Positions 8,572 through 15,731 of a DNA stretch of 32,000 nt are shown piece by piece. The stretch is from positions 1,080,001-1,112,000 of the forward strand of contig CP006868.1 of the NCBI GenBank assembly GCA_025340205.1, written 5' to 3'. Numbering within the stretch: the stretch's first letter is position 1; the number at the start of each line of letters is the position of its first letter. Origin of the DNA: Ignicoccus pacificus DSM 13166. GTDB lineage: Archaea; Thermoproteota; Thermoprotei_A; Sulfolobales; Ignicoccaceae. A program made the translations under genes and the position numbers. The notes under the pieces were generated by a model. The model ran no database searches. It had not been told where the DNA came from and saw only the letters and a program-made list of their open reading frames with translations.

Positions 8572-9519
8572 TTAGTCGAGGAGCTCGGAGACGGCGGTGC
8601 GGAAGGCATTGATTATTCTGCTGTCAGTCTCCCCTTTCTTCGGCCTGTAGGGAGGCCTCTTCCAGCCTCCTCCTACTACCTTGGGCAGGGCCTCCAGAGC
8701 AGCCTCAACCTTCCCCGTGGACATGAATACCTTTACTTCGTCCGCCCTCCCCGTCTCGGCTATGCTCTCTATCACCGCTTTTACGTGAGCTACCGCCCTT
8801 CTCGCGAAGTCGCTCCTAGGAGACTTCACGTCTACGGATCTCATGGCCACGTACCTCTCTCCGTGCTTCAAGCTCTTAGGACAGTTACCTCCGCATTGAC
8901 CGCAGTGCACGCACTTCCATATGTCCTCCTCATAGAGATATATCCTCTTCTGGCCCAAGGAATCTCTCGGGTCGAAGGCGAAGCGGAAAATCTTCACCAG
9001 TCCTTGAGGAGCGGCGTACTCGCTATCCACGAAGGTAACTGGGCAGAGGGAGTAGCATATTCCGCACCAAATGCACTGTGCGGCGCTCCAGAGGACTTGC
9101 TGAGTCTTGGGGCTCATGGGCGTCCACTTGTCGCTTGCTAAAGCCTCCTCCTTCGGAATCAGGTAAGGTCTCACCTTCTTCATTCTTCTTTCGAAGTCAC
9201 TCCTCTCTACAATTAAGTCCTTGATCACTGGCATGTTATCCAAGGGTTCGACCACTATAGTACCATTTCCTTCTTCAGCGGCCTCCAAGGCGTTGGTCAT
9301 GCATCCCAACCTCGGCTTTCCGTTTATCTTAACGGCACAGTTCCCGCAGACGCCCATCTTACAGAGGGGCCTGTAGGCTAAGGTAGGATCTATTTCCTCC
9401 CTAATCCTCTGTAGCGCTACTGCCACGGAGGTGTACTTGTCCACCTCTATTTCGTAAGTCTGCCACCAAGAGCCTCTCACGGGATCGTACCTAGCAACCT
9501 TAAAGGTTACCTTGGACAA
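8572..9519 (-). CDS. succinate dehydrogenase/fumarate reductase iron-sulfur subunit-like protein (SdhB-like) with C-terminal extension
   Basis: 2Fe-2S pattern CKMGVCGNCAVKINGKPRLGC. Two ferredoxin-type motifs, CIWCGICYSLCP and CVHCGQCGGNCP. 315 aa, about 70 aa longer than typical SdhB. Confidence 0.7.
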   Translation of the reverse strand: MSKVTFKVARYDPVRGSWWQTYEIEVDKYTSVAVALQRIREEIDPTLAYRPLCKMGVCGNCAVKINGKPRLGCMTNALEAAEEGNGTIVVEPLDNMPVIKDLIVERSDFERRMKKVRPYLIPKEEALASDKWTPMSPKTQQVLWSAAQCIWCGICYSLCPVTFVDSEYAAPQGLVKIFRFAFDPRDSLGQKRIYLYEEDIWKCVHCGQCGGNCPKSLKHGERYVAMRSVDVKSPRSDFARRAVAHVKAVIESIAETGRADEVKVFMSTGKVEAALEALPKVVGGGWKRPPYRPKKGETDSRIINAFRTAVSELLD

Positions 9520-9623
9520 TTTTGTGACCCATTGGACTAGATGGGCTCGGTAGTTAAAGGGAGTTTTGGGCTCACCTCCTAAAGGCTGTGAGCGCGGTGG
9601 TGTGTGGCGATCGATGAGCGGTG

Positions 9624-10367
9624 CTAACGTGAGCGAGCCCTCTCTAGGAGCTCCCTCTTGTCCATGCTTCTTAGTAACATCTCCAATGTCCTAGGTATGG
9701 GGAGGGATGTATTTTCGATATCCTCGATGAAATCCTCCACGTTCGTGCATCTCGTCTTTCCGTCCTCGAAATAGCAGACATCGTCGGCGTGCTCGAGTAT
9801 CATGTTTGGATCGTGAGTGCTGAAGATCAAGATCTTCCTATTTTTCTTGTACTCCTCCATGACTTCCTTGATAGCGTTCAAGGACCTTCGGTCTAAGTTG
9901 GCTGAGGGCTCGTCAAGGAGAAGGACCTCGGGCTCGTAAACTATGACAGATGCTAAAGCAACTAACCTCTTCTGACCAACGCTAAGCTTGTGGGGACTCT
10001 TGTGTAAGAACTCCTTTATCCCGAGCCTATCGCTAATGGAGAGTACCCTCTCCCTTACTTCCTTCTCGCCCAAGCCTAACGTCCTTAGAGCATAGGCTAT
10101 TTCGTCGAAGACCGTGGGGTTGAAGAGCTGCTCGTCTGGATCCTGGAAGAGCAAGCCAACCTCTTCCCTTCTGACGCTTCTTCCCTTGAAGGTTACCTTC
10201 CCCTTGTTCGGCTTTAGTAAGTTCGCCAGGATGAAGAGTAAGGTGCTTTTTCCGCATCCCGTTGGGCCTACCAAGGCCAAGGCTCTGGAAGGCAACGCTT
10301 CCCCGGAGACCCCCTTCAAGATCCAATCCTTACCATATTTGAACCATATGTCCTCAAACCTTAGCAA
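9624..10367 (-). CDS. cbiO: ECF/cobalt-type ABC transporter ATPase
   Basis: Walker A GPTGCGKST, signature LSVGQKRLVALASV and Walker B LLLDEP. Overlaps the upstream T component by 14 nt. Confidence 0.85.
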   Translation of the reverse strand: MLRFEDIWFKYGKDWILKGVSGEALPSRALALVGPTGCGKSTLLFILANLLKPNKGKVTFKGRSVRREEVGLLFQDPDEQLFNPTVFDEIAYALRTLGLGEKEVRERVLSISDRLGIKEFLHKSPHKLSVGQKRLVALASVIVYEPEVLLLDEPSANLDRRSLNAIKEVMEEYKKNRKILIFSTHDPNMILEHADDVCYFEDGKTRCTNVEDFIEDIENTSLPIPRTLEMLLRSMDKRELLERARSR

Positions 10368-11079
10368 TTGTTAACACCCCCGTCGCTATTACGATTAGAG
10401 AAGGCATCACAGGTAGGAGAGAGGTCCAAGAGCGACTTTCCTTAACCTCCACTTCCCCGAAGGTTCTTGCCTTCACCGCCATGCTAACTCTCTCAGCCTT
10501 GTTATTGGCCTTGTTAAGCAACTCCCCCACGGAGCTAGCTAGGCCCCTCCACTCCTCCTTTAGCCCCATCTCCCTTAGCCTCCTAGCCTCCCTCGCTAAG
10601 ACCATCGAGATCAGCGATCTAGCGAAGGAAGACGCATGAATGAGCAAGAGGCCTAGAACCTCCGAGAACCCTTCGGGAAAGAGAACCTCCAGTGCCTTCG
10701 CCATTCTCCTCCATCCCACGCTTCTTATGGTCACCACGGAGAGGGCCGTTGATGCTAAGGTTCTTATTATAAACGCAAAAGCGCTCTCCCTTGCAGTAAA
10801 GAGCAAGGGTAAGGAGATTACTAAGCTCATCCCAGCTACTACGGCCAGAGGCTTGATGAACGCTTTGTCCCCATGGAGGTAGAGGAGAAGCGCTAAGACG
10901 GAAGAAGCGAGCAAGGCAACGAGAGCTGGAATCAGACTCGGGGATGTGGAGACGACGCCTATTGCTATCAATAAAGAAAAGAACGTTACCTTGGGATTGG
11001 CGTTCTTGAATATTCCTTCGCTCGCCAGAGCCTCCGAGGTCTCCGCTATCAGCTCGAAGACCTCCTTAAGCGCTCTCAT
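10354..11079 (-). CDS. cbiQ: ECF transporter transmembrane (T) component
   Basis: 241-aa polytopic membrane protein lying between the PDGLE/CbiM genes and CbiO in one overlapping operon. Confidence 0.7.
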   Translation of the reverse strand: MRALKEVFELIAETSEALASEGIFKNANPKVTFFSLLIAIGVVSTSPSLIPALVALLASSVLALLLYLHGDKAFIKPLAVVAGMSLVISLPLLFTARESAFAFIIRTLASTALSVVTIRSVGWRRMAKALEVLFPEGFSEVLGLLLIHASSFARSLISMVLAREARRLREMGLKEEWRGLASSVGELLNKANNKAERVSMAVKARTFGEVEVKESRSWTSLLPVMPSLIVIATGVLTIAKV

Positions 11080-11383
11080 TTCCTACCATCCTCGATAGCA
11101 GAACTCCCAGTCCTAGGATGATGGCGACTCCGATGGCTCCAGCCACTATGTAGCCTATGGCCTCGGGGAGTCCGGGAACGGTGTAGTCGGCGAAGGGCGT
11201 CCAGTCTCCCAAGTTCACCTCGTGTAAGTGAAGCATGCTGGCAGCTACGTCCAGCGGCTCGTGGTAGCCCACGGCGTTTGCTAGTATGACGCCGAAGATA
11301 GGACTTACTACTAGGAGTACTGCTATGGTTATTAATGCCTTCTTGTACTTGGAGTACATCTCCGCCACGCTCATGGCTCTCAC
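11066..11383 (-). CDS. PDGLE-domain / CbiN-NikN-like small membrane protein
   Basis: 105 aa with an N-terminal TM, a central segment (HEPLDVAA ... TPFADYTVPG) fitting the PDGLE-domain pattern, and a C-terminal TM. Overlaps cbiM by 4 nt and cbiQ by 14 nt. Confidence 0.6.
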   Translation of the reverse strand: MRAMSVAEMYSKYKKALITIAVLLVVSPIFGVILANAVGYHEPLDVAASMLHLHEVNLGDWTPFADYTVPGLPEAIGYIVAGAIGVAIILGLGVLLSRMVGNESA

Positions 11384-12015
11384 CTCAGGTGAACTACTAG
11401 GGGAGAGTTCCTCTCGTAAAGATAGTCAATGACTAAAGCGGTTATTATTCCCTCGATTATTCCCAAGAGGGCATGCCACCCTCCCATTACCGGAACGGTT
11501 GTCGCCACTCCATAGGGGAAGCTGGGGCTGAGGCCTATCTCCAGCCCGGCCATTATTCCAGCGACGGTTATTCCGGCCCATCCTGCCAAGAACGCTCCTA
11601 TGAGCCTGGCCTTTCTAGTGTTGCCCATGACCTTGGTAACTGCCTTGTATACCAAGTAGCCCACAACTCCGTCAACGATGGCCATGTTCAGTATGTTAGC
11701 TCCCAGGGTGGTAATTCCGCCATCGTGGAAGACGAGCGCTTGAACCGTTACCACGGTAGCCTCGGTGAAGAAGCCCAGCCAAGGTCCTAGGAGCAGGTAG
11801 GCTAAGGCACCTCCGACGAAGTGGAGGGATGTCCCTCCCGGTATGGGCCAGTTGAGCATCTGAGCCACGAAGATGGCGGCGGCCAATACTGACATAGCGG
11901 TGACCTTCTCTGGGGTAAGCTTTGCCTTCATCTTGGCGTAGAGCGCATAAGCGCCCGTCGCTAGGTAGGTCGCTACTATCCAAGGCAACGTCAGGAAGCC
12001 ATCGGGTACGTGCAC
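11380..12015 (-). CDS. cbiM: ECF transporter substrate-capture component CbiM/NikM
   Basis: Polytopic membrane protein. The ORF track starts at 12063, but the conserved CbiM N-terminus (M)HVPDGFL begins at the GTG at 12015-12013, which I take as the start. Confidence 0.75.
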   Translation of the reverse strand: MHVPDGFLTLPWIVATYLATGAYALYAKMKAKLTPEKVTAMSVLAAAIFVAQMLNWPIPGGTSLHFVGGALAYLLLGPWLGFFTEATVVTVQALVFHDGGITTLGANILNMAIVDGVVGYLVYKAVTKVMGNTRKARLIGAFLAGWAGITVAGIMAGLEIGLSPSFPYGVATTVPVMGGWHALLGIIEGIITALVIDYLYERNSPLVVHLR

Positions 12016-12599
12016 TCTCTCACCGTTAACGGTGCACAAGGGGAAGTTAATAAGAACTACCACGCGCTAAAGACAATCAATGTTCAGTGCAGAATTGCTA
12101 ACTGACAATAAGGTTTTTCTCTTAATAAGATCAGATAATACGAAGGAGAACTAAAAGGAGGAGATAGGATAGTGTAGGAGTCCTCACGTTCTAAAGTAAT
12201 GGTATAACAAAAGAACGCAAAGATGCAAACTCTATTTACTTAGTCTTTGTATGAGAATAATCACAAATAGCCGTGATTAAGGATGAACAAGCACCATAGT
12301 AGAGGTAATTTGGAGATGCTTTGACTTAAAATTAGAATGCTCCAAAGTACACTCCTTATAATATCCGAAGTTCGGTTATGTTAAGAGAGGAAATGAGATA
12401 GATAGGAACGATCACATCTAATTTAAAGCTACAACAAACACGATGCGTAAAGTGATAAAGGTCATAATCTAATGTCTGCAATTATACTTAAATGAACCTT
12501 CTCTTTTGCGCAATTTCAGAAAGGTAGTCTTAGGAGGTAAGAGTATGAATGCATGAAGAGGACCTTTTCCTAGGAGACTCACATGGCTACGTCTAGGTG

Positions 12600-14500
12600 C
12601 ATTTCCAGTTCTCTTTTGTATAATCATCTCACCTAGGATCTCCTTGGCTCTCTCTCAAACCACTTGCTTTCAATTCTATTTTGTATAACCCCCGGGACAC
12701 CAGGAGGACAAGATGTCCACCGAGGTGGGCTTTCAGTTCTCTTTCGTATCATCTAAGTCGCCCAAGTCCTTTACCTTGAACCTCACTCCTCGCTCTTTCA
12801 ATTCTCTTTCGTATCATCATAGAGAAAGGAGCGGGCTCCCCATGACTTTACCATGCTTTCAGTTCTCTTTCGTATCATCGCAGCTGGATTCCGAAGTCTT
12901 GGGCGGCTCTGTAAGCTTCTTTCAGTTCTCTTTCGTATCATCAACGCTAGTGATTGCTAGTTGCTAAAGCAATTTGAGGAGCTTTCAGTTCTCTTTCGTA
13001 TCATCATTATTCATCATGTTACTAAATACGTTTGACATAGTGTTCCTTTCAGTTCTCTTTCGTATCATCGAACAACACCGTAGTTATAAGTACTTCAAGG
13101 AAGAAGCCACTTTCAATTCTCTTTCGTATCATCTTATGCGTTCACGGAACCAGATCTTGATTTTGACATACTTTCAGTTCTCTTTCGTATCATCCACTCC
13201 GCTTGTATCTGCTGAAGCAACTGAGGGGTAACTTTCAGTTCTCTTTCGTATCATCCATAAGCAAGGCTCAAGTGGTCGAAGCTGGAGAGCCTCTTTCAGT
13301 TCTCTTTCGTATCATCGTAGTACTCTCCTTCTTCCTCATCATGGCCAACACCAGCTTTCAGTTCTCTTTCGTATCATCTTTTTGGCTTTATTGAGTACCT
13401 TCGGAAGTAGCCTCTCTTTCAGTTCTCATTCGTATCATCCGGCTCTACGCTTGTAACGAATATGGGTGTAAAGCAACTTTCAGTTCTCTTTCGTATCATC
13501 GGGTGCGGGCAGGGTAGAAAGCGAACATCAGCAACTGAAACTTTCAGTTCTCTTTCGTATCATCACGAGGAGGTGCGAGGCTTGGGAGAGATAGAAATTC
13601 CCCTTTCAGTTCTCTTTCGTATCATCAACGGAGACGGAACCGTAGACGCCGCCCAGCTTACTCACTTTCAGTTCTCTTTCGTATCATCTATAACACAGAC
13701 TTCGGTTGCCCCCTTTTCGTTCCATGCTTTCAGTTCTCTTTCGTATCATCAACCGAGAACGATTATGAGGAAGGGGTTTCCCGTTGCTTTCAGTTCTCTT
13801 TCGTATCATCTTCTATCTCGTATTCTAGAACAGATAGTCTATCGTCATCTTTCAGTTCTCTTTCGTATCATCTTCCTGTCAATGACTTGGCAATGGCTTG
13901 GAAACGTAGGCTTTCAGTTCTCTTTCGTATCATCCATCATCTTAGTCATAGCTGTATATGGGTTTGATCGGCTTTCAGTTCTCTTTCGTATCATCAGAAT
14001 TTGATCGCAAGATATCATTATCATCCCCTCCTATCTTTCAGTTCTCTTTCGTATCATCAGCGAACTTCAGGAGGAGCCTATATTTCATAAGAGATTATTC
14101 TTTCAGTTCTCTTTCGTATCATCAGTTAGCTTCCTGACACCTCTTGTAAGGTTTTAGAAGACTTTCAGTTCTCTTTCGTATCATCAAGCCCTTAGGAGTG
14201 CTATCCGTGGTCGCGCTCATGCTATCTTTCAGTTCTCTTTCGTATCATCACGTATCACCTTAGTTATTTCCGATACGTTTTTAACTCTTTCAGTTCTCTT
14301 TCGTATCATCGATGTGGCTGAAGGCGGTGGGATGGGAGCATGAGTGCTTATTCTTTCAGTTCTCTTTCGTATCATCCTGCAAATCGGTAGCACGTAGCTG
14401 CTGTAGTTCATCACCTTTCAGTTCTCTTTCGTATCATCCCTATGATCCAGGGGCGCCTCCTTGCCTTCATCTTCCCCTTTCAGTTCTCTTTCGTATCATC
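12600..14500 (-). CRISPR. CRISPR array 2: 29 canonical plus 2 degenerate repeats; crRNA-sense repeat GATGATACGAAAGAGAACTGAAAG (24 nt); 30 spacers of 36-42 nt
   Basis: + strand copies CTTTCAGTTCTCTTTCGTATCATC start at 12730, 12795, 12856, 12919, 12982, 13046, 13110, 13171, 13232, 13293, 13355, 13416, 13477, 13541, 13603, 13665, 13727, 13787, 13849, 13911, 13972, 14035, 14100, 14162, 14226, 14287, 14353, 14415 and 14477. Point variants at 12795 and 13110 (G to A) and at 13416. Degenerate copies at 12667-12690 and 12600-12628. Decay at the left end and GAAAG on the - strand place the leader on the right. Confidence 0.97.
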
Positions 14501-14707
14501 TGTCTCTCTTCCAAGGGTTTCTCCCTTGTAATCCTTATAAAGAAGAGGTTACTGATCGGTGGGTTGATGTTAGAGGCTCCCCTACGATGAGGCTTCCTTG
14601 AATATTCCTAGACGAACAGCAATGGAATAGGAAAAGGAAAAGTAAGGTATGTGTCAAGTAACTTTGAGGTGAGGGATGGAGGTCCTTGAAGATTCGGGAA
14701 GGGACTA
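14501..14707 (-). promoter_or_regulatory. leader of CRISPR array 2 (one arm of a 207-bp perfect inverted repeat)
   Basis: By eye, exact reverse complement of 23641-23847. TATA box TTTATAA (- strand) at 14535-14541, about 35 nt before the first repeat. The arm ends on the cas1 stop codon (14705-14707). Confidence 0.85.
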
Positions 14708-15643
14708 TGGGTAGAAAACATATGCCTTAAAAGCCGTTCCTTTCTCTAAAGAGTTTCTAAGTTCCCAAGCCTTTCCATATATCCACCTTCGAACCGCATG
14801 TTTCTTATCTTCAAACAAAGCGTAGAAGGCTTGGGAAATCTTTTCCAGACTTTCCTTATCTAAGAAATCGTCTTCAAGACGCAACTTTGAGGTCCTCATA
14901 ACACTTGCCATGACGTAGATACCAGCAGGCTTGAACATTTCACTGAAATCGAACGTGAAGCTGACCTTTCCAGCTCTATCCTTATGAATGAGTCCCGCAT
15001 AGGGATCAAGTCCAGCACCTATTAGAGCATGAGTACAAAGACCGTAGATTAAGGCATATATGTAATCGAGGGCCCTATTCCCCGGATCCCTTGCCCTAGG
15101 TACCCTTCCCTCAAAGTTCGGAATGAAGGAACTTATGTCTTTCCAGAGCTTAGCGCTCCAGACGGCCTCTACCTTCCTAATGCAGTCTATGTTCTTACAA
15201 GAGGCTAGTTCTCCTCTCCCCTCGGATCTCCATTCGTCGCTCCATCTCGCCTCTCCCTTGGACTTATATGCCAAGTTTTTGGCAACTCGACTCATACCTT
15301 CAAGCTTACCATAGATGAACTCCTTCGCTATATGAACGCCCGTTTCATTGTCTCTCATAAGGTATTGCTTTCTCCTGGCTTCTGCCCACCCTATTTTTAT
15401 TGGATCTATCAACACGGCGTCCCAATCTTTTCCATGAATTAACAAAGGTACGCCTTGTTCGTTGACCAATTCTAGTACAGCCGTACTCATAACTACTCCT
15501 TTACCTACTATAACAATCATATCTAAGTCGATTATAGGAAAACTCTCGGTTACCTCCTTCTTATCCTTCTTAGTGCGAACGGTTAGCATGTATCCTTTTC
15601 TTCCCAAGTAAGCGTGTCCTCTCACAATTAGGATCAAAAGCAA
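14705..15643 (-). CDS. cas1: CRISPR-associated endonuclease Cas1
   Basis: 312 aa. Characteristic C-terminal core NRALDYIYALIYGLCTHALIGAGLDPYAGLIHKDRAGKVSFTFDFSEMFKP, with the conserved H and D/E. N-terminal beta domain (YLGRKGYMLTV). TTG start. Confidence 0.92.
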   Translation of the reverse strand: MLLILIVRGHAYLGRKGYMLTVRTKKDKKEVTESFPIIDLDMIVIVGKGVVMSTAVLELVNEQGVPLLIHGKDWDAVLIDPIKIGWAEARRKQYLMRDNETGVHIAKEFIYGKLEGMSRVAKNLAYKSKGEARWSDEWRSEGRGELASCKNIDCIRKVEAVWSAKLWKDISSFIPNFEGRVPRARDPGNRALDYIYALIYGLCTHALIGAGLDPYAGLIHKDRAGKVSFTFDFSEMFKPAGIYVMASVMRTSKLRLEDDFLDKESLEKISQAFYALFEDKKHAVRRWIYGKAWELRNSLEKGTAFKAYVFYP

Positions 15644-15731
15644 TCCCCACTATTGTAAGCTAGTTGTCATACGAAGTAAATTTTAGAAAATAAAAGCATC
15701 CTCGACAACGCGAAATTGAGAGGTTGCTAGC
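15644..15731. promoter_or_regulatory. divergent cas1 / effector-operon promoter region
   Basis: 88-bp gap containing GTAAATTTTAGAAAATAAAAG (15676-15696). It holds A/T boxes about 35-40 nt from both the cas1 start (15643, - strand) and the large-subunit GTG (15732, + strand). Confidence 0.5.

Noticed and set aside
1690-11983. Antisense or out-of-frame ORFs of 60-153 aa nested in the transporter, EamA, SdhB-like and Cbi genes (for example 2245-2607, 2472-2690, 3124-3375, 4021-4356, 5953-6414, 6201-6449, 8133-8441, 8785-9141, 10033-10326, 11473-11790, 11696-11983)
   Set aside because: Each is fully contained in a longer ORF that has clear family motifs. Their translations are compositionally biased (Arg/Ser/Pro/Gly-rich) and carry no motifs.
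12016-12063. 16-codon N-terminal extension of cbiM in the ORF track
   Set aside because: CbiM/NikM proteins begin with the conserved (M)H-x-P-D-G-F motif. A GTG at 12015 yields exactly this N-terminus, so the extension is probably untranslated.
12713-14590. ORF-track entries inside array 2 (for example 12713-12967, 12974-13231, 13203-13394, 13462-14004, 14229-14414, 14312-14590)
   Set aside because: Their translations are dominated by the recurring peptides FQFSFVSS, LSVLFRII and FSSLSYH. These are simply the three reading frames of the 24-nt CRISPR repeat. The ORFs are open only because neither the repeat nor the short spacers contain stops.
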